A stretch of DNA of 63,989 bases, counting the filler, from Octopus bimaculoides (taxonomy: Eukaryota): the NCBI RefSeq assembly GCF_001194135.2. It is 5 parts of 5 records of this genome, joined end to end, with 100 filler letters (N's around TTAATTAATTAA, not from the genome) between each part and the next. Parts side by side here need not be neighbours in the genome. Positions count along the whole stretch, not along the records: positions 25,061 to 48,910 come from NC_069008.1; 4 more parts are not named here. One strand, 5' to 3'. This document shows, piece after piece, positions 25,112 to 35,344 of this stretch. The notes beneath the pieces are model-generated. The model saw only the letters and a list, made by a program, of their open reading frames with translations. It made no database searches and was not told where the DNA came from. Position 1 is the first letter of the stretch; each line of letters opens with the position of its first letter. The translations under genes were made by a program, and so were the position numbers.

Positions 25112-25833
25112 GTCTGTATGTATATGTGGTGGTTGCTCTACTGATGATGGAGATTAAGTGATGCAGGTTATGATGATGTGGATGATAAAGTTGTTGATGT
25201 TGCTATTGATGCTGGTGGGTGTTGGTGTTGGCACTGGTGTATGGTATCTAACCATGGAGTCTTTCTGCCACGTTGTCATAGATTGTAGGTACTGAAGGGG
25301 GTAGCTATTAGAGGAACAGGTTGTGGGTGGGGGGTGGTGATGGGGAGAGATGGAGATAGAGTGTGAGTGAGAGAGAGTAATAGAAAGAGGGAGAGAGAGA
25401 GAGAGATGTTTAGTGTGTGGCTTGCAGCACATTGCATCTGGTATGGCAAAAGGTTTTGAGGAATGGGAAGAGGAGGAANNNNNNNNNNNNNNNNNNNNNN
25501 NNNNNNNNNNNNNNNNNNNNNNNNNNNNNNNNNNNNNNNNNNNNNNNNNNNNNNNNNNNNNNNNNNNNNNNNNNNNNNNNNNNNNNNNNNNNNNNNNNNN
25601 NNNNNNNNNNNNNNNNNNNNNNNNNNNNNNNNNNNNNNNNNNNNNNNNNNNNNNNNNNNNNNNNNNNNNNNNNNNNNNNNNNNNNNNNNNNNNNNNNNNN
25701 NNNNNNNNNNNNNNNNNNNNNNNNNNNNNNNNNNNNNNNNNNNNNNNNNNNNNNNNNNNNNNNNNNNNNNNNNNNNNNNNNNNNNNNNNNNNNNNNNNNN
25801 NNNNNNNNNNNNNGAAGCAAGGGTGGCAATTGC

Positions 25834-25866
<33 letters not shown>

Positions 25867-26832
25867 GGTGGTGGCAGCAATGCTGTGTGTGCGTGCATGC
25901 GTGTATGTGTGTGTATGAGCTGTGTTTGTGTGTGTGTGTAAAGGAGCACACAGGCTGAGAAAGAACAAACAGAGTTATGTAGGGTGGGTTTTATATGTGT
26001 GTACGTGTGTGTGCGTGTGGTTTAGTGGGGTGTGCGGGTGGGTAGGAGGTACTGAAATGGTGGTGACAGGTGGTGTAGTGATGTAATGGTAACGATGGTG
26101 TTGTAGTTGGTGGTGCTTACAGTGTGTTAGTGAGTGTTGTGGCGTCGGAGGTGGTATTGGTGGTGGTTGTGTGATGGTGGTAGTGTAAGTGATGGTGTTG
26201 GTGGTGGTAGTGGAAGTGATGGTGGTGGTGTTGTTAGTGGTGGTGATGGTGGTGGTAAGGGTTGTGGTAATGGTGGTGTCGGTGACGGGAGGGGTGGGTG
26301 ATAGTTGTGACGCTGGTGGTGGTGGTAGTGGAAGTGATGGTGGTGGTGTTGTTAGTGGTGGTGATGGTGGTGGTAAGGGTTGTGGNNNNNNNNNNNNNNN
26401 NNNNNNNNNNNNNNNNNNNNNNNNNNNNNNNNNNNNNNNNNNNNNNNNNNNNNNNNNNNNNNNNNNNNNNNNNNNNNNNNNNNNNNNNNNNNNNNNNNNN
26501 NNNNNNNNNNNNNNNNNNNNNNNNNNNNNNNNNNNNNNNNNNNNNNNNNNNNNNNNNNNNNNNNNNNNNNNNNNNNNNNNNNNNNNNNNNNNNNNNNNNN
26601 NNNNNNNNNNNNNNNNNNNNNNNNNNNNNNNNNNNNNNNNNNNNNNNNNNNNNNNNNNNNNNNNNNNNNNNNNNNNNNNNNNNNNNNNNNNNNNNNNNNN
26701 NNNNNNNNNNNNNNNNNNNNNNNNNNNNNNNNNNNNNNNNNNNNNNNNNNNNNNNNNNNNNNNNNNNNNNNNNNNNNNNNNNNNNNNNNNNNNNNNNNNN
26801 NNNNNNACAGGGGGAAGATTCGAGTCGAGAAA

Positions 26833-27267
26833 ATGACACTTGTAAGAAACGGAAGATTCGGCGGCCAGACGGTGGTCCCACGACCGTGTGCTCTCCCACC
26901 TCATCTGTCGCTGGTCGACGGAGTTAAAACGCTGTTGTCGGCCCTTGTCGCGGTCACGTTTCGTGCGACCACGCCGCTCGCCACCGCAACCATCTCCGTG
27001 GCCGCCCTGGTTGCCGTATTCTCCTCTTTGATATCGTCGTCGTCGTCGTCGGCATCGGCAGCGCTCCTGGGTATCCAGTTGGCCGACCACGCCAGGGCTT
27101 CGAACCTCCGTAAGACCCCCGCAAGCGACAGCAACAGTGTCGGCAGTGACGTCGATGGCGGCGAGGATGAGGAAAATGCAGCGTCGGGTAAACTGAAAAA
27201 CTTTTATTCGTTCACTGCCAAAGATATTAATGGTGATACGGTACATCTCTCGAAATATAAAGGAAAG
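26833..27267 (+). CDS. GPX7: GPX7/GPX8-like glutathione peroxidase, coding exon 1 (145 codons)
   Basis: ATG at 26833 in a gagaaaATGa context. The ORF ends ...NFYSFTAKDINGDTVHLSKYKGK, the typical GPX N-terminal motif, followed by the donor AAG|GTGAGT (phase 0). The frame is open upstream into the N gap (26386-26806), so the true start could lie earlier. Confidence 0.85.
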
Positions 27268-28006
27268 GTGAGTAAACTAAGTCTGTCTATCTATCTATCT
27301 ATCTATCTATCTTTGTCTGTCTGTCTCTCTGTGTGTGTTTGTGTGTGATTACTTACACATTTGCATGTTGATGTGTCTCTTTCTCCTTTTCTCAATGTGT
27401 TTGTGTGTGTGCAAGTAGGAGTGGCTGTGCGATAAATAGCTTGCTTACCAACCACATGGTTGTGGGTTCACTCCCACTGCGTGGCACTTTACTTGTTTGT
27501 CCGTCTATATGTCTACATACCTACCTGTCTGTCTTCCCGTCCGTCCGTCACTTCTCCGTCCTCCAGCCAGACATCTGCTTATGCGTCCATTCAAACATCT
27601 GTCCGTCAGTCAGTTCGTCTAACTTTTGGCTGGTTTATCAATCAGTTCATCTGTCTATATATCAAAACACCTGTTTGTCTGTGTGCATGGTTAAATATCT
27701 ATTTATCGATCAATCGATCTGTTTATCTATCTATCTATCTATCTATCTATCGATCTGTCTATCTGTTTATCTATCTATCTATCAATCTATCTCTTCGTCA
27801 CTCCATCCGTCCGTCTGCCTATCTATCTATGTCTATCTTTTTATATCTCTCTCCATATACCTATTTATTTGTCTTGTATCTACCCTACTATCTATCCAAC
27901 TGTTTGTCTTTCCGTATATCTATATACCTGTTTGTTTGATTGTCTGCTTGTCCGTTTGTTAGTCTGTACTCGTGTCTATTTTTTTCGTCTGTCTATACGT
28001 CAATCT

Positions 28007-28397
28007 GTGGAGACGCAATGGCCCAGTGGTTAGGGCAGCGGTCTCGCGGTCATAGGATCGCTGTTTCGATTCCTAGACCGGGCGTTGTGAGTGTTTATTG
28101 AGCGAAAACACCTAAAAGTTCCACGAGGCTCCGGCAGGGGATGGTGGTGAACCCTGCTGTACTCTTTCACAACAACTTTCTCTCCCTCTTACTTCCTGTT
28201 TCTGTTGTACCTGTATTTCAAAGGGTCAGCCTTGTCACACTGTGTGTCACGCTAAATAGCCTCGAGAACTGCGTTAAGGGTACACGTGTCTGTGGAGTGC
28301 TCAGCCACTTGCACGTTAATTTCACGAGCAGGCTGTTCCGTTGACCGGATCAACTGGAACCCTCGACGTCGTAAGCGACAGAGTGCCAACAACAACA
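28007..28397 (+). mobile_element. SINE family C (tRNA head, long body), near full length
   Basis: A box tggcccagtggttagg, B box gtttcgattcc, and 3' end aatttcacgagcaggctgttccgttgaccggatcaactgg...gagtgccaacaac. Related copies lie at 28872, 35345, 35668 and 42395. Confidence 0.88.
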
Positions 28398-28619
28398 TAC
28401 GTCAATCTATCTATACCTGCTGTCTAACTGTCAGTTTGTTTGAGTTGCTCCAGTTGTCCTCATCCAGTTCGTCCCCCCCCCCCACTTCCTTGTATACCTC
28501 AGACTATTTTATCCTGTGTAGCTTTCTTCTTTCAAGACAGCAAGATGTGAAATTGAGGGAGATTTCACTGCTGTTACTAGCATGTAGAGGTTTCTGGTGC
28601 CTCACACACACACACACAC

Positions 28620-28870
28620 ACCACCCTTGCCAGAGGACGTTCCGTGGACTGTGCCTCTGCTTTCTCTTCCTGCACCCGACCTGCTGTTACTCGTCTTCCA
28701 TTTCCTCTCACCTCCCACCCCTCCACCCTGCCTCTCCAACGCACCATTTTCCAAGCCTTCCAGCAACTCCAGTCCGACCCCTCCACTTTGCACATCTTCC
28801 CCAACCTACTCCTCCTCTCCTTCAAACGAACCCATAACCTATGTGACCTCCTGGTCCACAGTCTTTTCTA
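28620..28870 (+). mobile_element. Penelope-like element (PLE) fragment, linker between RT and GIY-YIG
   Basis: RLPFPLTSHPSTLPLQRTIFQAFQQLQSDPSTLHIFPNLLLLSFKRTHNLCDLLVHS resembles the PLE motif pattern P.vltYHP...l..d..l..iFp..p...fkr..NL.d.Lv (recalled, not searched). Confidence 0.75.
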
Positions 28871-28871
28871 A

Positions 28872-28994
28872 AGCCTCGTGGAGCTTTAGGTGTTTTCGCT
28901 CAATAAACACTCACAACGCCCGGTCTGGGAATCGAACCCGCGATCCTATGACCGCGAGTCCGCTGCCCTAACCACTGGGCCATTGCGCATCCAC
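28872..28994 (-). mobile_element. SINE family C head, inverted copy
   Basis: Reverse complement of 28007-28130 with about 8 differences in 124 nt. Confidence 0.92.
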
Positions 28995-29010
28995 TCTGTC
29001 ACACTCTAAT

Positions 29011-29578
29011 ATGCAGAAAATAGATTCCATCAACTGCCAGTGGGGTAAGCTAGATGTTGTAGATAGCTTCCGTTATCTAGGTGACCAAGTTAGTAGTGGA
29101 GTTGGATGCTCTGAGAGAGTAGCTGTGAGGATAAGAACAGGCTGAGCAAAGTTCAAGGAGCCCCTACCTCTGCTGGCAACAAAGGGCTTCTGCCTCAAAG
29201 TGAAAGGCAGATGGTATACCGGTATGCGAACAGCTATGCTACATGGCAGGGGAAACATGGGCTATAACAGTCGAGGACATGTGTAGGCTTGAAAGGAATG
29301 AAGCCAGTATGCTTCGCTGGATGTGCGATGTCAGTGTGCATGTTCGACAGAGTGTAAGTGTCTTGAGAGAAGAGTTAGGCATAAGAGGCATCAGATGTGG
29401 TGTGCAAGGGAGACGACTGCACTGGTATGGTCATGTGATGCGTATTGACAAGGATGGCTGTGTAAAGAAGTGCTGCTCTGTAACTGTGGAGGGAACCTGT
29501 GGTAGAGGTAGACCCAGGAAGACATGGGACAAGGTGGTGAAGCATGATTTTTAAACTTTGGGCCTCACAGAGGCAAGA
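29011..29578 (+). mobile_element. RTE-type LINE 3' fragment
   Basis: LDVVDSFRYLGDQV...VRIRTG*AKFKE...ETWAIT...RLERNEASMLRWMC...RRLHWYGHVMR...VEGTCGRGRPRKTW. Confidence 0.9.
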
Positions 29579-29885
29579 ACTCAGAACGTAATGGCAGATG
29601 AAATACCACTAAGCATTTTGCCCGCCGTGCTAACGATTCTGCCAGCTCGCTGCCTTTATATATATGTGTGTGTGTGTGTGTGTGTCTGTGTTTGTTCCCC
29701 TGCCATCGCTTGATGACCAATGCTGGCATGTTTATGTTCCCAAAACATAGCGGTTCGGCAAAAGTGACCGATATAATAAGTACTAGGCTTACAAAGAATA
29801 AGTCCTGGGGTCGATTTGCTCGACTAAAGGCGCTGCTCCAGCATGGCCACAGTCAAATGACTGAAACAATTAAAAGAATAAAAGA
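29578..29885. mobile_element. SINE family A head (-) followed by SINE family B tail (+)
   Basis: aactcagaacg...ctgccagctcgctgcct, then gtgtctgtgtttgttccc...gactaaaggcgctgctccagcatggcc...gactgaaacaa. Confidence 0.85.
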
Positions 29886-30980
29886 ATATATGTACACACA
29901 GACACACACACACGTACCTATCTTAACTCTCTCTCACTCTCTTTTTTTTCTCTCTCTCTCTCTTTCTTTCTCTCTTTCTTTCTCTCTCTCTCAAATTCCC
30001 CCCTGTATCACCAGTAAAAATCTGGTTCCCTCCTTTTACTGTTTGTTTAACCAATATTTTAATGNNNNNNNNNNNNNNNNNNNNNNNNNNNNNNNNNNNN
30101 NNNNNNNNNNNNNNNNNNNNNNNNNNNNNNNNNNNNNNNNNNNNNNNNNNNNNNNNNNNNNNNNNNNNNNNNNNNNNNNNNNNNNNNNNNNNNNNNNNNN
30201 NNNNNNNNNNNNNNNNNNNNNNNNNNNNNNNNNNNNNNNNNNNNNNNNNNNNNNNNNNNNNNNNNNNNNNNNNNNNNNNNNNNNNNNNNNNNNNNNNNNN
30301 NNNNNNNNNNNNNNNNNNNNNNNNNNNNNNNNNNNNNNNNNNNNNNNNNNNNNNNNNNNNNNNNNNNNNNNNNNNNNNNNNNNNNNNNNNNNNNNNNNNN
30401 NNNNNNNNNNNNNNNNNNNNNNNNNNNNNNNNNNNNNNNNNNNNNNNNNNNNNNNNNNNNNNNNNNNNNNNNNNNNNNNNNNNNNNNNNNNNNNNNNNNN
30501 NNNNNNNNNNNNNNNNNNNNNNNNNNNNNNNNNNNNNNNNNNNNNNNNNNNNNNNNNNNNNNNNNNNNNNNNNNNNNNNNNNNNNNNNNNNNNNNNNNNN
30601 NNNNNNNNNNNNNNNNNNNNNNNNNNNNNNNNNNNNNNNNNNNNNNNNNNNNNNNNNNNNNNNNNNNNNNNNNNNNNNNNNNNNNNNNNNNNNNNNNNNN
30701 NNNNNNNNNNNNNNNNNNNNNNNNNNNNNNNNNNNNNNNNNNNNNNNNNNNNNNNNNNNNNNNNNNNNNNNNNNNNNNNNNNNNNNNNNNNNNNNNNNNN
30801 NNNNNNNNNNNNNNNNNNNNNNNNNNNNNNNNNNNNNNNNNNNNNNNNNNNNNNNNNNNNNNNNNNNNNNNNNNNNNNNNNNNNNNNNNNNNNNNNNNNN
30901 NNNNNNNNNNNNNNNNNNNNNNNNNNNNNNNNNNNNNNNNNNNNNNNNNNNNNNNNNNNNNNNNNNNNNNNNNNNNNNNN

Positions 30981-31140
30981 TATATACGACGGGCTTCTTT
31001 CAGTTTCCGTCTACGAAATCCACTCACAAGGCTTTGGTCGGCCTGAGTCTATAATAGAAGACACTTGCCCAAGGTGCCACGCAGTGGGACTGAACCCGGA
31101 ACCATGTGGTTAGTAAGCAAGCTACTTACCACACAGCCAC
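30981..31140 (-). mobile_element. SINE family B, 5' half
   Basis: Reverse complement gtggctgtgtggtaagtagcttgcttac...gggttcagtcccactgcgtggcaccttgggcaagtgtctt. Confidence 0.92.
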
Positions 31141-31238
31141 ACTGCTTTACATGCTTACATTCATATATACATGCATACATATATACATAACGTGTATTCA
31201 TATTTATATATACATACAGTCATGCAAGCACACATACA

Positions 31239-31800
31239 CTTGCTTACCAACCACATGGTTCCGGGTTCAGTCCCACTGCGTGGCACCTTGGGCAAGTGTC
31301 TTCTACTATAGCCTCGGGCCGACCAAAGCCTTGTGAGTGGATTTGGTAGACGGAAATTGAAAGAAGCCCGTCGTATATGTGTATATATATATGTATGTGT
31401 GTGTGTTTGTGTGTCTGTGTTTGTACCCCCACCATCACTTGACAACCGATGCTGGTGTGTTTACGTCCCCGTAACTTAGCGGTTCGGCAAAAAGAGACCG
31501 CTAGGATAAGTACTAAGCTTACAAAGAATAAGTCCTGGGGTCGATTTGCTCGACTAAAGGCGGTGCTCCAGCATGGCAGCAGTCAAATGACTGAAACAAG
31601 TAAAAGAGTAAAAGAGATATAGGTGTGTGTGTGTGTGTGTCTGTATGTATTTGTGCATCTGTGTTTATCCCTCCCTCCACCATCACTTGACATCCGATAT
31701 TGGTGTGTTCATATCCTTGTCCTGGGTTCAATTTTCGACTGAAGGCGGTGCTCCAGCATGGCAGCACTCAAAACGACTGAAACAAGTGAAAGAATAAAAG
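31239..31800 (+). mobile_element. SINE family B, near full-length copy plus a second partial tail
   Basis: Head and CORE-like part at 31239-31378, microsatellite, tail at 31410-31615, and a rearranged extra tail at about 31630-31800. Confidence 0.92.
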
Positions 31801-31917
31801 AACGTCTTCTCTTTGACCAGATTTCTTTCTACAAAATTTGACCCCCGCCCTCAGACCGAACTTCCTACATCCATCCCGCATGTGGGATCTACAAATCGTG
31901 CCTCTTTCTTCTGACAG

Positions 31918-32064
31918 GTGAGCCTTGTGGTGAATGTTGCCAGTGAATGCGGTTACACTCACAGGAATTATGAAGCCCTCGTGCAAATGCAGAGAACCTT
32001 TGGAACCATGAAATTCACGGTGTTAGCTTTCCCTTGTAACCAGTTTGGAGAACAAGAACCAGGG
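31918..32064 (+). CDS. GPX7: GPX7/GPX8-like, coding exon 2 (catalytic Cys)
   Basis: Acceptor ctgacag|GTG and donor GGG|gtaagt, 147 nt. Encodes [49 protein letters not shown], containing the GPX signatures VNVASxCG and [13 protein letters not shown]. The active-site codon is TGC (Cys), not TGA. Confidence 0.97.
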
Positions 32065-32204
32065 GTAAGTACATGTCCTGACTGGCTCTTCTTTGTTTGG
32101 AATATTCTGCTGACATATTGTAGAAGTCTTGTGTGTGTGTGTTTACACACCCCACACACCCATACATACAATATTCATCTCTCTCTCTCTATATATATAT
32201 ATCA

Positions 32205-32355
32205 TCATCATCATCATCATCGTTTAACGTCCGCTTTCCATGCTAGTATGGGTTGGACGATTTGACTGAGGACTGGTGAGACCGGATGGCAACACCAGGC
32301 TCCAATCTAATTTGGCAGAGTTTCTACAGCTGGATGCCCTTCCTAACGCCAACCA
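32205..32355 (-). mobile_element. Repeat family D (RTE-type 3' end ending in (GAT)n)
   Basis: catcatcgtttaacgtccgctttccatgctag...gagtttctacagctggatgcccttcctaacgccaacc. A partial copy lies at 33474-33530 and an opposite-orientation copy at 37283-37525. Confidence 0.8.
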
Positions 32356-33147
32356 TATATATAAATATGCATATNNNNNNNNNNNNNNNNNNNNNNNNNN
32401 NNNNNNNNNNNNNNNNNNNNNNNNNNNNNNNNNNNNNNNNNNNNNNNNNNNNNNNNNNNNNNNNNNNNNNNNNNNNNNNNNNNNNNNNNNNNNNNNNNNN
32501 NNNNNNNNNNNNNNNNNNNNNNNNNNNNNNNNNNNNNNNNNNNNNNNNNNNNNNNNNNNNNNNNNNNNNNNNNNNNNNNNNNNNNNNNNNNNNNNNNNNN
32601 NNNNNNNNNNNNNNNNNNNNNNNNNNNNNNNNNNNNNNNNNNNNNNNNNNNNNNNNNNNNNNNNNNNNNNNNNNNNNNNNNNNNNNNNNNNNNNNNNNNN
32701 NNNNNNNNNNNNNNNNNNNNNNNNNNNNNNNNNNNNNNNNNNNNNNNNNNNNNNNNNNNNNNNNNNNNNNNNNNNNNNNNNNNNNNNNNNNNNNNNNNNN
32801 NNNNNNNNNNNNNNNNNNNNNNNNNNNNNNNNNNNNNNNNNNNNNNNNNNNNNNNNNNNNNNNNNNNNNNNNNNNNNNNNNNNNNNNNNNNNNNNNNNNN
32901 NNNNNNNNNNNNNNNNNNNNNNNNNNNNNNNNNNNNNNNNNNNNNNNNNNNNNNNNNNNNNNNNNNNNNNNNNNNNNNNNNNNNNNNNNNNNNNNNNNNN
33001 NNNNNNNNNNATAAATGTTCATATAGCACAAAAGAGCGAAGATGAATGGAGTCTTTGCTCTTGGTGCTATATGAATATTTATTGTGTTTTAGAGTCAAGA
33101 TTTGACTGCTATTTTCAGCATGGCAGTATATCTTAGATACCCTATAT

Positions 33148-33179
<32 letters not shown>

Positions 33180-33234
33180 ACAAAACTGTCCGATGAACTT
33201 TTAAATAATGTATATATATATATATATATATATA

Positions 33235-33325
33235 TAATAATATTAGGGACAAAATCCAAAATTACAGGTAAAAACTCAATTAAAATCAATTTATAAAAAA
33301 TTAAAATTAAATTGATAAAACTATA
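33235..33325. repeat. AT-rich dispersed repeat, with an inverted near-identical copy at about 41709-41790 (PLE-associated by inference)
   Basis: taatattagggacaaaatccaaattacaggtaaaaactcaattaaaatcaatttataaaaaattaaaattaaatt occurs in both places in opposite orientation. Confidence 0.8.
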
Positions 33326-33921
33326 TATATATATATATAAAATTATTATTTCTAAATCTCTGAACGAGAGACACTCAGTAACTACTCTAGAGTAGAGATT
33401 ATTTGCCAACATAATGTAGCAGTCCTACTTAGGATGAATATTACTGTTGTTATGTCTCTCATCCAGAGATTTCATCATCATCATCATCGTTTAACGTCCG
33501 CTTTCCATGCTAGCATGGGTTGGACGATTTAGAAATGATAATTTTCTATTAAATGATATCATTTTCTGAGTGGGGAAGCTAAACTCCCTTGTTTGAAAAT
33601 ATAAGGACGCAGATAGTGGTGTCGTGTAGCCAGCTGGGGATGATGTTTCCTGAGGCTAAACAACAATGATGATAACAATGGCAGTGGCAGAGATGATGAC
33701 AATGATGACGATGACGATGAGAATGATGTGGATTGCTGTTCTGAACAAACACTGCTTCCGTCACCAGTGATGAATTCAAATTTAATGCTTGTGTAAGATA
33801 TGGTACCAGGTGAACAAAAACTCCAAATAAGGGATGATTCAGATCATCATCATGACCCATCCGAACACAGAAAGCAGAATGTGAATCAGTGATGATGTCT
33901 CATGTGTTTTTCATTTTTCAG

Positions 33922-34036
33922 GAGGACTGGGAAATCGAAAGTTTTGCCGAGAAACTCTATAACATCAACTTTCCCATCTTTTCAAAAATCGACGTCAAAG
34001 GACCAAATGCTGCCAACTTCTGGAAGTACCTCACAA
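33922..34036 (+). CDS. GPX7: GPX7/GPX8-like, coding exon 3
   Basis: Acceptor tttttcag|GAG and donor ACA A|gtaagt (phase 1), 115 nt. Encodes EDWEIESFAEKLYNINFPIFSKIDVKGPNAANFWKYLT, in frame with exon 2. Confidence 0.96.
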
Positions 34037-34157
34037 GTAAGTGGGCCTGCTCTATGCAAATTTATAATTCAATGTTATCAAACTCTAGCAAAATACCTAA
34101 CTGCCTAACAGCTCCGACCACCTAGCTGTAAGCAGGTACACCGTCCCAAGTATACAC

Positions 34158-34352
34158 TTTTACTTGTTTCAGTCATTTGACTGCGGCCATGCTAGAGCAC
34201 CGCCTTTAGTCGAGCAAATCGTCCCCAGGACTTATTCTTTGTAAGCCTAGTACTTATTTCTATTGGACTCTTTTGCCGAACCGCTAAGTTATGGGGGAAC
34301 ATAAACACAGCAATATCAGTTGTTTAGCAATGGTGGGGGGACAAACACAGAC
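34158..34352 (-). mobile_element. SINE family B tail in GPX intron 3
   Basis: tttacttgtttcagtcatttgactgcggccatgct...gccgaaccgctaagtt...gacaaacacagacac. Confidence 0.9.
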
Positions 34353-34358
34353 ACATAA

Positions 34359-34397
<39 letters not shown>

Positions 34398-34488
34398 GAT
34401 ATGTGTGTGTGTGTATATATATATACATTCGTCTCTGCAGGTATGTTTTTTTCTTTTTGTAATAACAATTTCTCCATGTCTTCTGCAG

Positions 34489-34661
34489 AATCCACCAGCA
34501 AGGAACCAAACTGGAATTTCTGGAAATATCTCGTCGATACTAATGGCATTGTGATTAAGGTATGGAGCCAAAAGACCTCATTCAGTGAAATATACCGAAC
34601 TGTTCAAGATGTGATTGAAGGAAAATACAAACCAAAACATATTGTTCACACAGACTTATAA
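34489..34661 (+). CDS. GPX7: GPX7/GPX8-like, coding exon 4 (terminal, ends HTDL-stop)
   Basis: Acceptor ttctgcag|AA (phase 1). Encodes (K)STSKEPNWNFWKYLVDTNG...KHIVHTDL*, with the WNFWKYLV signature of GPX7/8. The four exons total 870 nt, i.e. 289 aa plus stop. Confidence 0.96.
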
Positions 34662-34664
34662 TGG

Positions 34665-34742
34665 AATAAACCTACCTGACACCCCCTTATTCATATTAAC
34701 ACAAATAGACTGGTCTTTTTCTTTCTGTTTTTGCTGTTGTTC
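34665..34742 (+). terminator. Candidate polyadenylation signal of the GPX gene (AATAAA plus downstream U/GU-rich element)
   Basis: AATAAA at 34665-34670, 4 nt after the stop codon, and a U/GU-rich tract tggtctttttctttctgtttttgctgttgt at about 34711-34742. Confidence 0.5.
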
Positions 34743-34751
34743 ACAATGCCT

Positions 34752-35078
34752 CTTTTACTCTTACTTGTTTCAGTCATTTGACTGTGGCCATGCTGGAGCA
34801 CCGCCTTTAGTCGAGCAAATCGACTCCGGGACTTATTCTTTGTAAGTCTAGTACTTATTCTATTGGTCTCTTTTGCCGAACCGCTAAGTGACGGGGACAT
34901 AAACACACCAGCATCGGTTGTCAAGCAATGCTAGGGGGACAAACACAGACACACAAACACACACATATATATATATATACATATATACGACGGCTTCTTT
35001 CAGTTTCCGTCTACCAAATCCACTCACAAGGATTTGGTCAGCCCAAGGCTATAATAGAAGACACTTGCTCAAGGTGCC
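34752..35078 (-). mobile_element. SINE family B, tail plus CORE-like part, just downstream of GPX
   Basis: Same consensus as other B copies. The tRNA head is truncated at caaggtgcc. Confidence 0.9.
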
Positions 35079-35344
35079 TATAGTAGAAAGAATAATCAAC
35101 AACAACAACAACAAAGACAGCCAAAAATCAGTGTAAATATTTAATGTCACAAGAAATATGAATAGTGTTACAGTCATTAAGTTACAAATTGTAAAAAGTT
35201 GTAAATTGTAGTTGGAGATGCATTGTTGGAATATTGGCACGGGGTGGAGAGTAGCCCAGTCACAGGTACCACACACTGCAGGAGAGATATACCATCTGAA
35301 CCACGTATGTTAGGGAAGAAAGCCTTGTTACCACACCAGGCTGG

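Noticed and set aside
26190-26385. G-quadruplex regulatory element upstream of GPX
   Set aside because: It consists only of GG runs in an imperfect (GGT)n repeat of a kind common throughout this genome, and it is cut by a gap.
25975-27246. 423-aa minus-strand ORF
   Set aside because: It is the antisense shadow of GC-rich GPX exon 1 plus an N gap and (GGT)n repeats.
33181-33200. aaaactgtccgatgaac as a hammerhead 5' half
   Set aside because: It is truncated by AT microsatellite, and no stem II or GAAA follows.
31918-34661. Selenoprotein GPX
   Set aside because: The active-site codon is TGC, there is no in-frame TGA, and I saw no SECIS-like hairpin after the stop.
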